Of a stretch of DNA of 45,054 nt, positions 26,247 through 33,928 are shown one piece after another. The DNA comes from a phage. The stretch's first letter is position 1, and each line of letters starts with the position of its first letter. The stretch is from sequence record PZ445537.1; one strand, 5' to 3'. The notes under the pieces were generated by a model. That model had not been told where the DNA came from. It saw only the letters and a list, made by a program, of their open reading frames with translations, and did no database searches. The translations under genes and the position numbers were made by a program.

Positions 26247-26470
26247 CCTCCACCCCTGCGCTGTCTCTGCATTATTTCTAAATATTCCTGGCAACTGGCG
26301 CACGTTTTGCAGCCAGGCATTGCAACCCGGCGCGCCTCAGGAATGTCCTCTCCGCATTCAGAACAGTGCTCTGCAGAGACTGCATTCTGATCAATACGGT
26401 GTTTTTGTATGGCCAACTGCAGGCGGTGCTCTAACAGCTCGTTTGCCTGATCGATGATGTCTGAACTCAT
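26243..26470 (-). CDS. TraR/DksA-family C4 zinc-finger protein
   Basis: 75 aa with CSECGEDIP…GCKTCASC (CxxC-N17-CxxC) typical of phage TraR-like proteins. Confidence 0.7.
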   Translation of the reverse strand: MSSDIIDQANELLEHRLQLAIQKHRIDQNAVSAEHCSECGEDIPEARRVAMPGCKTCASCQEYLEIMQRQRRGGG

Positions 26471-26970
26471 ACGGCACGCTCCTGGCGAAGTAACGCATCG
26501 TGCAGCGCCATAGCACCCGCTTCACGGAGTGCAGCATCTTCATAACTGATGCCGTTCGAATCCATGATGCAATCCCTATCGAGGCACTCCGAACAATCGT
26601 TGAGGGCAGATTTGATAGCGTGGGCACGCACTTCATCCAGTACAGCGACGGTAGCATTGCCTGAATGGTCTGGGTCGGTGAACTCGATAAGGACTTCATT
26701 TCCTCTCTGAAGAAGTTCTTCATCAGATGCATAGGGGAGTTCATCAGCAGTATTAAGGTGCCCATGATTATACCCAGCTGAATAAACCTGCCCGGCAGCC
26801 CATCGCACCGCCTGAACTTCCGCAGCCAGCGCAGCTACCTGCTTCTCAGCGTTTGACAGTTGAAGGAGGAGTTCTTCAACTAACGTCACACGCATCACTA
26901 CTTTCTGGCATTCGTTGCGTTTAGCTCTGGCGATTGTGCCGCGCAGAGTCGCGTATTTGTTGGTGATCAT
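26467..26970 (-). CDS. hypothetical protein
   Basis: 167-aa ORF coupled by 4-nt overlaps to both neighbours; no recognisable motif. Confidence 0.55.
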   Translation of the reverse strand: MITNKYATLRGTIARAKRNECQKVVMRVTLVEELLLQLSNAEKQVAALAAEVQAVRWAAGQVYSAGYNHGHLNTADELPYASDEELLQRGNEVLIEFTDPDHSGNATVAVLDEVRAHAIKSALNDCSECLDRDCIMDSNGISYEDAALREAGAMALHDALLRQERAV

Positions 26971-27164
26971 TGGACGGACTCCTGACGAAGATGGTTAATT
27001 TCGGCGTCAAGGCTCATTCTCTGGTCCATCGATTCCGTCAAGGCGGCAAATGTAACGTCCAGGCGAGTGGCTACCTCACGCATCAGAGAGGCTTCTGCTG
27101 GTGGCAGTTTCCCCGCCGCAGCATGGGCTGCGGCTACCAGTTCTTTTATCTTCATGCGAGGCAT
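26967..27164 (-). CDS. hypothetical protein
   Basis: 65-aa ORF in the same coupled leftward operon. Confidence 0.45.
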   Translation of the reverse strand: MPRMKIKELVAAAHAAAGKLPPAEASLMREVATRLDVTFAALTESMDQRMSLDAEINHLRQESVQ

Positions 27165-27691
27165 GTGCGTGATTCCATAAGCTCATTGAAACGGTTAATG
27201 AATAAGCCATATGCCTGGCCTGGGCGAAGAGGCACGATCTGGATAATGTCGCTGGCCGGAATACCTTCGAGGCAAGGCCAGAGTGAACCGTCTTCGATAT
27301 CCAGATCGCGGCGTTCAGTGGCTAGCATCACCAGATCGGCATATTTCACTACCGCTGACATATCAGGGGTGATGCTGAATTTGGCCCGGATCAGTTGTTC
27401 TACCTGCTCTTCAATGCGACGGTAATCTGGAAGCAATGCTTTCAGGGGGGCAGGGATGTCCTGGCAATACGCTTCTGCTGCGTCATGCATCAGGGCTTCA
27501 AAGGCGAACTCTGGCGGAACGAGCTGGCTGCACAGCACAGAGTGCTGGGCCACGCTGTAAAATTCCGGCAGATGACCAGTGAAGCGGCAGATGTGGGAAA
27601 GCGCGGTCGCGATATCCTCGATCTCCACATCGTCAGCAGTTGAATTGAGGTAATCGAATTTCTTTCCTGAAAGTGTCTGGATATAACTCAT
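27152..27691 (-). CDS. HD-domain phosphohydrolase (YfdR-like 5'-deoxynucleotidase)
   Basis: 179 aa; H…HD metal-binding motifs (AQHSVL…ALMHDAAEAY); size and content resemble CPS-53 YfdR as recalled. Confidence 0.7.
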   Translation of the reverse strand: MSYIQTLSGKKFDYLNSTADDVEIEDIATALSHICRFTGHLPEFYSVAQHSVLCSQLVPPEFAFEALMHDAAEAYCQDIPAPLKALLPDYRRIEEQVEQLIRAKFSITPDMSAVVKYADLVMLATERRDLDIEDGSLWPCLEGIPASDIIQIVPLRPGQAYGLFINRFNELMESRTCLA

Positions 27692-27826
27692 CGTCTTTTC
27701 TTCTCCATATTTGGCAGCTGCACCTGCGCCAGTTTTTGGTTGTACGAATCCCTCGCCATTGGCGATTAATAAAGGGAATTACGCTTCAATAAATCCCCGC
27801 GGCGCCGGGGATTTAATGCAGAGAAA

Positions 27827-28657
27827 TTACGCTTTAAAGTTACCGATAAAGGTTTCAACCGGCTTGTCGGTGAACTTCTCGATCAGCAGTTCACGGAACT
27901 CGTTGGCGATAGCTTCTTCCTGGGCTTCCAGTTGAACGATGCGGAGTACAAACACAGGCTCCCCGCTTTTAAGCAGGCTGTTGCGCAGGCTAAAGCGGCG
28001 TTCGCCCAGGCCTTCATATGGGACGCATTTGAACTCAAAGGCCACCGGCATGACGTCTTTACTGCTGGCTTCAACGCTCTGCATCAGGGACTTTCTGCCA
28101 CCAAAATCTTCGTCTTCATGAGCTGCTTCCGAGACTTGTTTGATATTGACGCGACGAACGGCACCAGCTGCCTGCGCGATGGACAACACTTTCCCTTCGG
28201 CATCAAATGCGGTCAGGAAGTCGGCCCAGTCCTCCAGCCATTCAGCAATTTCTTTCTGGCCCAGACGATCACCGTTCACCTGAAGCAGGGCTCGGAATGG
28301 TGCTGTCTTTTTGAGGGTGATTGAAGCGACGTTATCAGCATGGCCAGGGTTAGCCAGCGTACCGATGTTGAAGACAGACCGTGCGGTCATGTTTTCAGCA
28401 TCGATAAAGCAGCGCGCTGGTTCAGCTTCGTTGGCGTAGCCTACGGCGTAACGCACAAAATCAGGAATACTGGTTGTGGTCATGGCGCCACGGAAGCGAA
28501 AACGCTCCAGTCCGAAACGCTCGAGGCTTTCTACGTTAACACCTTGAGGAAGCAGGGCAGTCGGGCATGCCGTAACTTTTGCTGCTTCCAGGTGGTAACC
28601 GGAAAGAACCAGGTCTTTCACCTGCTGCAGGGCATTGCCGTCTAAAATCTGGGACAT
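27827..28657 (-). CDS. YfdQ-like (DUF2303-type) protein
   Basis: 276 aa; size and position upstream of the HD hydrolase match the yfdP-yfdQ-yfdR order recalled for CPS-53. Confidence 0.5.
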   Translation of the reverse strand: MSQILDGNALQQVKDLVLSGYHLEAAKVTACPTALLPQGVNVESLERFGLERFRFRGAMTTTSIPDFVRYAVGYANEAEPARCFIDAENMTARSVFNIGTLANPGHADNVASITLKKTAPFRALLQVNGDRLGQKEIAEWLEDWADFLTAFDAEGKVLSIAQAAGAVRRVNIKQVSEAAHEDEDFGGRKSLMQSVEASSKDVMPVAFEFKCVPYEGLGERRFSLRNSLLKSGEPVFVLRIVQLEAQEEAIANEFRELLIEKFTDKPVETFIGNFKA

Positions 28658-28710
28658 AAAATTTCCTTAATATGTGGTCAAAGGGATGTCAGTGATTTGT
28701 CTGCTGCGGA

Positions 28711-29082
28711 TCACTGTGCCGCTTTAAGCTTTCCGTCAACGCCGCCGTTGATCCCGAACAGCTGCCCCTGATCTTCCTGCAGGATGGTCAGCTTGCCGCC
28801 TTTGTTAACCCACATTGGTGTTTCGGTGGTGTCTTCTTCGGAGGCTTTACCGCGCGGGGTTGGAGTGACGTAGTTCAGCTTGTGCTTGATCTTGACGCGC
28901 TTCTCTTCGACGGAATTACCCATACGCTCAATATCAAAAGTGAGGACTACTTTGCCTTTGGTACCGTTGTTCAGAACGCCAAGCGCGGTAGTGTTTAAAG
29001 CTGCCGCGATCTTGTTCATGAACACGCCGGCATCCAGTTCGCCCAGGAAATCGGGCACTACGGTCATGCGGTCATTACTCAT
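28711..29082 (-). CDS. YfdP-like small protein
   Basis: 123 aa; first clear gene of the leftward early operon by position; family by recalled synteny only. Confidence 0.45.
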   Translation of the reverse strand: MSNDRMTVVPDFLGELDAGVFMNKIAAALNTTALGVLNNGTKGKVVLTFDIERMGNSVEEKRVKIKHKLNYVTPTPRGKASEEDTTETPMWVNKGGKLTILQEDQGQLFGINGGVDGKLKAAQ

Positions 29083-29711
29083 GGTTTAACCCTCTGTGAG
29101 GCGGCTGCCACCGCCAGTGGAACTTCTCCATACACAACAGAAAAGGGCACCTGCGTAGCACTGACGGCTGCAACCACCATTTCTGCGCCCGGGTGGATTG
29201 GGGAATGAGCCCGTCGCCCGGTGATGCCCTTGTCTCTTGTGTAAAAAAGGTGCCCACCGATGTGATGGGCAAAGACTACACACAGCAATGATTTTGTTGT
29301 GGCGGTGGTGCCTCCACCTGCCGGACCGGCCAGAACCGGCGACGCTACACCTCAAGAAACGTATTCATTCCAAATGTTGAAATAAAAACTTGTTGGCCTC
29401 GTCACGTGCGCAGAGCCGCATTACCACAACGGTGAGAGCACTGTTTACCTGCTTTACCGCGTCGCGTCTCACGCAGTCCGATAATCAGCAATGCTCTCGC
29501 CTGTTGTGCCCTTAAAAAGCTGGCTGTCACCCTCAAGGGGAAAGTGAGCAGCCAGAACAGGGATCACGTCTTATTGCTTTGGCCTGCTTTTAACCACATC
29601 AGGCGCGGTGGTAAGCCATTTGCGAATCATCCGGTCATTCATACGCCACCGGCGGCTACTTCGTGGGCTTCCTGCCTGTTCGCTGTTGATGAAAATGAAG
29701 ATAAAAGATAT

Positions 29712-29748
29712 TTGCGAAATGCGCAAGAAATAAAATGCGTAAAACGCA
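29712..29748. promoter_or_regulatory. OL-like operator dyads (left of cI)
   Basis: TTGCGAAATGCGCAA (29712-29726) and TGCGTAAAACGCA (29736-29748) share half-site TGCG/CGCA with the dyads between cI and cro. Confidence 0.5.
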
Positions 29749-29803
29749 ATTGAAAGGGCGTAAAAAAACCGCCGTGTAGGCGGTTATTTGTTCTTGGGGG
29801 ATG

Positions 29804-30499
29804 TTATCCGTGCCGTTTAACAGACTGCGACTGGCTGATCATTACCTTGCCGAAAACGTAAAATCTGTCTTCATTGGACTTATCCACTGACCACTCCCGA
29901 TATTTAGGGTTATCGGAAATGACAAGAATTTTATCTGGGATCATCTGTAATCTTTTGACATAAATTTTATCATCAAAACCAAATACATAAATCCCATCAC
30001 CATCAAACTCATTGATCGAAATATCAACGAATATCAAATCACCTGGTTCAATGGTATCAGCCATGCTGTCACCACGAACGTTAATCACTTTGACCGTATC
30101 TGGTGTTCTCCCACCAAATAATACGGCGGCTCTTTCGTTGTTGTACTCAATGGACCTGATGACATCGACGACATCACTACCTTGTATATGGCCCATGCCA
30201 GCACTGGCGCTGACATCGAGCAACTCGACTCTAAACACAGGGTCACCCTCTCCATAAGCTGGATTTTTACCACTGGATTTACATACAGTAGTTTCATTTG
30301 GAGACGGTGTAAAGAGTTCTGCCACGCTAACACCAAGTGCCTTAGCATATTTGCTAAGCGATTGTTCAGTAAATGACTTTTGTTTTCCAGTCTCAACCCG
30401 TGAGACGTTCGCACCGTCAATACCTACAGCTTCAGCAAGATCTGAAATTTTCATGCCCTTTTCGAGGCGTAATTCTCTAATGCGGTTTCCTATGTTCAT
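29804..30499 (-). CDS. cI: CI-like repressor (HTH plus S24 LexA-type autopeptidase)
   Basis: 231 aa; N-terminal HTH; Ala-Gly cleavage site (SASAGMGH); catalytic GDSM and downstream Lys (VKRL); divergent from cro. Confidence 0.9.
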   Translation of the reverse strand: MNIGNRIRELRLEKGMKISDLAEAVGIDGANVSRVETGKQKSFTEQSLSKYAKALGVSVAELFTPSPNETTVCKSSGKNPAYGEGDPVFRVELLDVSASAGMGHIQGSDVVDVIRSIEYNNERAAVLFGGRTPDTVKVINVRGDSMADTIEPGDLIFVDISINEFDGDGIYVFGFDDKIYVKRLQMIPDKILVISDNPKYREWSVDKSNEDRFYVFGKVMISQSQSVKRHG

Positions 30500-30517
30500 G
30501 CGTCCATTACAGGTTGT

Positions 30518-30581
30518 TTTTGCGTGATATGCAAAGCAACTTGCGCAAGTCGTAACTACACATTAATATGCGTAATACGCA
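30518..30581. promoter_or_regulatory. OR-like operator cluster between cI and cro
   Basis: Three dyads in the 97-bp intergenic region: TTTGCGTGATATGCAAA (30518-30534), ACTTGCGCAAGT (30537-30548, perfect palindrome), TGCGTAATACGCA (30569-30581). Confidence 0.6.
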
Positions 30582-30596
30582 ATTACAGGGGGCGTT

Positions 30597-30860
30597 ATGC
30601 AATCACCGTTAAGAAATTTGCGAAAATCGCAAGGGTTAACTCTCTCTCATGTGGCAAACGTGGTGGACATTGATCCAGCCAACCTAAGCCGAATTGAAAG
30701 AGGTCAACAAATCGCATCACTCGATGTAGCTGAAAGGCTCGTGAAGTTTTATTCGGGCCAAATTGATGAGCTCCAAATCTTGTACCCGCACCGTTATACG
30801 CAGGCTACAGAAACTGGGGCAGCATCGGTACCACAGGAAAAAGGGGAAAGCCGTGGGTAA
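30597..30860 (+). CDS. cro: Cro-like HTH repressor
   Basis: 87 aa with XRE-type HTH (QGLTLSHVANVVDIDPANLSRIERG); first gene rightward of the operator cluster. Confidence 0.8.
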   Translation: MQSPLRNLRKSQGLTLSHVANVVDIDPANLSRIERGQQIASLDVAERLVKFYSGQIDELQILYPHRYTQATETGAASVPQEKGESRG

Positions 30861-31401
30861 CGAACCGGAATGGAAAGTTGATAAGCAGCCAGCCTGGCTG
30901 GTGGCCGCAATCAAAAAAACGATCACCGAGCTGCCTGGCGGATATTCAGAAGCTGCTGAGTGGTTGGGTGTGACCGAGAACGCGCTGTTTAACCGGCTAC
31001 GAACCGACGGTGATCAGATCTTCCCGCTCGGTTGGGGGATGGTGCTTCAGCGTGCTGGTGGTTCAAACCACATAGCGAACGCTATTGCACGTCACTCGAA
31101 CGGTGTTTTTGTGCCATTGGCTGATGTTGAAGAGATTGAGAACGGCGATATCAACCAGCGTCTCATGGAGTCAGTTGAGTGGATCGGCAGGCATTCGCAA
31201 TACGTTCGTAAAGCCACCGCTGACGGCGTTATTGATGCTCAGGAACGCGCCCAGATCGAAGAGAACAGCTATCAGGTGATGGCTAAGTGGCAGGAACATT
31301 TGACGCTGCTTTTCCGTGTGTTTTGCGCGCCGGAAAAGAATGACGCCCGCGAGTGTGCAGCTCCGGGCGCCGTGGCAGACAAATCTTGTATGGAGAAGTA
31401 A
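30853..31401 (+). CDS. CII-like regulatory protein (CP76-type)
   Basis: 182 aa from GTG 30853 with RBS GGGGAA (the track ORF from 30763 overlaps cro); position after cro; family by recalled sequence. Confidence 0.55.
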   Translation: MGNEPEWKVDKQPAWLVAAIKKTITELPGGYSEAAEWLGVTENALFNRLRTDGDQIFPLGWGMVLQRAGGSNHIANAIARHSNGVFVPLADVEEIENGDINQRLMESVEWIGRHSQYVRKATADGVIDAQERAQIEENSYQVMAKWQEHLTLLFRVFCAPEKNDARECAAPGAVADKSCMEK

Positions 31402-31573
31402 TCCGCATGACCAGTTTAACGGCTTTTAACCGTTTACCGCAACTCAGGATGATCCCGGTACCGGGCGCTCCGTTGTTTCGGTATGAACGCAGAATAGCAA
31501 ACCGCTGGGTGCCATGTAACCACAGTCGGGCGGTCGCAATTGTGGGGGTTTACTACAGGAAGGCGAAACGCTT

Positions 31574-31753
31574 ATGCGCGAAGTTAACCGAAGGTTCAAA
31601 GACCACAGAGGGATCCCCGTTCGGGTTATCAGGTGGGAGCCAGAGACTCAACGAGTTATCTACCTGCGGGACGGTTATGACCACGAATGTTTCAGCCCGC
31701 TCGAACAATTCAAGCGCAAGTTTACAGAGTTAAAGGACGACCATGAGCACTAA
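31574..31753 (+). CDS. small conserved prophage protein (DUF4222-like)
   Basis: 59-aa ORF missing from the track (under the size cut-off); protein-like sequence MREVNRRFKDHRGIPVRVIRWEPETQRVIYLRDGYDHECFSPLEQF; stop overlaps the O-like start (ATGAGCACTAA). Confidence 0.45.
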   Translation: MREVNRRFKDHRGIPVRVIRWEPETQRVIYLRDGYDHECFSPLEQFKRKFTELKDDHEH

Positions 31754-32597
31754 ATTAACGGGTTACGTTTGGGACGCTTGTGCCGCTTCTGGCATGAAGC
31801 TGTCCAGCGTTGCCATCATGGCGCGTCTGGCTGACTTCAGCAGTGATGAAGGGGTTAGCTGGCCTTCCATTGCTACCATCGCGCGCCAGATTGGTGCTGG
31901 TGAGAGCACGGTTCGCACAGCCATATCACAGCTGGAAAAAGACGGTTGGTTAACCCGCCAGCAGCGCCGTAAAGGCAACCGAAATGCATCGAACGTTTAC
32001 CAGCTCAATGTTGCGAAATTGCAGGCTGCTGCCTTTTCTCACCTGTCAGATTCTGACGCATCAAAATCTGATGCCTCAAAAACCGACGCGTCAATATCTG
32101 AGGCATCAAAAAACGATGAGAAAGGCGGTTTTCACCCGTCAGAATCTGGGGGGGATCCGTCAGTAAATACAACTACTGATCCATCAGTTAAAAAACCTTC
32201 TTGTCCGGTTGCGCCGCAACCAGACCCTGAAGTGACGATCACCGATAACGCCATCCTGGTTCTGAATCATTTGAACCTGGTTAGCGGCTCACGATACCAA
32301 AAATCAAAAACTTCTCTGGAAAACATCCGTGCTCGTTTGCGTGAAGGTTACACCGTTGGCGACTTACAGCTGGTGATTGACCTTAAGCATGAGCACTGGA
32401 ATGGCAATGACGTGCAGTACCAGTACATGCGCCCTGAAACGCTATTTGGCCCGAAAAAGTTTGAGGGTTATCTGCAAAGCGGGATCCGTTGGGACAAGAA
32501 GGGGCGTCCACCGCGCGAAAGCTGGGGTGAAAAGAAACACGATCCGATGAAGTTCGGTCCGGTTGATACCAAGATTCCAGAGGGGTTCAGAGGATGA
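31743..32597 (+). CDS. replication initiation protein (O-like; N-terminal HTH, conserved phage C-terminal domain)
   Basis: 284 aa; N-terminal winged-HTH segment; serine/aspartate-rich linker encoded by tandem repeats; conserved C-terminal block (GYTVGDLQLVIDLKHEHWNGN). Confidence 0.7.
   Translation: MSTKLTGYVWDACAASGMKLSSVAIMARLADFSSDEGVSWPSIATIARQIGAGESTVRTAISQLEKDGWLTRQQRRKGNRNASNVYQLNVAKLQAAAFSHLSDSDASKSDASKTDASISEASKNDEKGGFHPSESGGDPSVNTTTDPSVKKPSCPVAPQPDPEVTITDNAILVLNHLNLVSGSRYQKSKTSLENIRARLREGYTVGDLQLVIDLKHEHWNGNDVQYQYMRPETLFGPKKFEGYLQSGIRWDKKGRPPRESWGEKKHDPMKFGPVDTKIPEGFRG
32052..32111 (+). repeat. four tandem 15-bp iteron-like repeats (putative origin) inside the initiator gene
   Basis: TCTGACGCATCAAAA / TCTGATGCCTCAAAA / CCGACGCGTCAATAT / TCTGAGGCATCAAAA, each with internal dyad TGA-GC-TCA; encode the SDASK-repeat linker, as lambda ori iterons do within O. 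Confidence 0.55.
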
Positions 32598-33928
32598 ATG
32601 AAAATAAATACTGCCGCGCGCTGGCTGAACTGCGTTCAAGACCAGCCCACGAGTTGAAAGAGGTCGGCGATCAATGGCGCACTCCGGATCTGTTGTTTTG
32701 GGGTATCAATGCGATGTTCGGCCCTCTGGTGTTGGACCTTTTTGCCGACGACAGCAACGCGAAGTGCCCAGCATGGTATACGGCTGAAGATAATGCCCTG
32801 ACGCAGGATTGGTCAGAGCGTCTGGCAGAACTCGGTGGTGCCGGGTTTGGCAACCCGCCTTACAGCCGCTCTCAGTACCACGACAAGCAGGCCGTCACCG
32901 GAATGACCCACATCATTAACCACGCTATGGCAATGCGAGAAAAGGGTGGTCGGTACGTTTTTCTCATTAAGTCTGCGACGAGTGAAACGTGGTGGCCGGA
33001 AGAGGCAGATCACGTCACATTCATCCGTGGCCGAATTGGTTTCGATCTTCCTACATGGTTCGTGCCGAAAGACGAAAAGCAGCAGCCCACCAGCGCATTT
33101 TTTGCTGGCGCTATCGTGGTCTTCGACAAAACATGGCGGGGTGAGCGTTTCAGTTACATCAACCGTACCGACCTGGAGGCCAAAGGCCGTGCTTCGATGT
33201 TGCTGGCCCAGTTTGCAGTGGGAAGAACGCAAACTGATGCGGCGCCGGAGCTTGATGCTGAGGTAGTGCCGGAGAAATTAGAGGCAGAACTGCCATTAAC
33301 CCAAAAAGCCATTCTGGAAACCAGTGGTGTTGAGGCTTGGGCCTGTGTTGTCGCGGCGTTCGGCGAGAAAGATGAGTACACCTTCAGCGAGTCAAAGTTT
33401 GGTCATACCTGGGCTGCCGACTCTTTGGAAGACCCTGAATTTACCAATGTTTCACCGCTGACGATCGACAGAGCGAAAAAGCTGATCAGCGAGAGCATCC
33501 TGGTGGGTGTTAATGCATGGCTGGAAACATTGCGCTTTGATAGCGATGACGTGAAACAAGACATATCAGAGCGGTTACGCACGGTTGCCGTTGAGTCTGC
33601 GAAAGAATACGGCATTAACCACAGTGAATTCATCGCGACCATGGAAAGCCTGGATAAAGCCAAATGGTCAAATATTCGGGGGATCCGCGCCCATGTCCGT
33701 GAGACGCAGGAATCAAAGGACAAGGCGTTAAACGAATCGCGCGTTTGGCCTCTTGAGGTTGGACTGGTGTTTAACCAGATTGAAGGGGCTGACGCTCTAC
33801 CTGTTTCACAGCAGAACAAGCTGAAAGCCAATATCAACCAGCTGTGGCTCGAACGTATGCCGACGAGTGAAATTATCACGACCGCTGGTGGTCTCTTCAA
33901 CAGCATGCAGGGGGCCGTCAATGCGTGA
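32594..33928 (+). CDS. DNA N6-adenine methyltransferase (phage Dam-type) with C-terminal extension
   Basis: 444 aa; catalytic motif GNPPYS (DPPY-type) in the N-terminal half; C-terminal ~230 aa of unknown function. Confidence 0.8.
   Translation: MNENKYCRALAELRSRPAHELKEVGDQWRTPDLLFWGINAMFGPLVLDLFADDSNAKCPAWYTAEDNALTQDWSERLAELGGAGFGNPPYSRSQYHDKQAVTGMTHIINHAMAMREKGGRYVFLIKSATSETWWPEEADHVTFIRGRIGFDLPTWFVPKDEKQQPTSAFFAGAIVVFDKTWRGERFSYINRTDLEAKGRASMLLAQFAVGRTQTDAAPELDAEVVPEKLEAELPLTQKAILETSGVEAWACVVAAFGEKDEYTFSESKFGHTWAADSLEDPEFTNVSPLTIDRAKKLISESILVGVNAWLETLRFDSDDVKQDISERLRTVAVESAKEYGINHSEFIATMESLDKAKWSNIRGIRAHVRETQESKDKALNESRVWPLEVGLVFNQIEGADALPVSQQNKLKANINQLWLERMPTSEIITTAGGLFNSMQGAVNA

Noticed and set aside
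29075-29355. Three overlapping minus-strand ORFs (65, 69, 89 aa) as a possible N-like antiterminator downstream of the OL-like operators
   Set aside because: All three minus frames are open here, which looks like a composition effect; none looks like a real protein and I found no boxA/boxB-like nut site. The region may still hold an unrecognised early-left gene or RNA.
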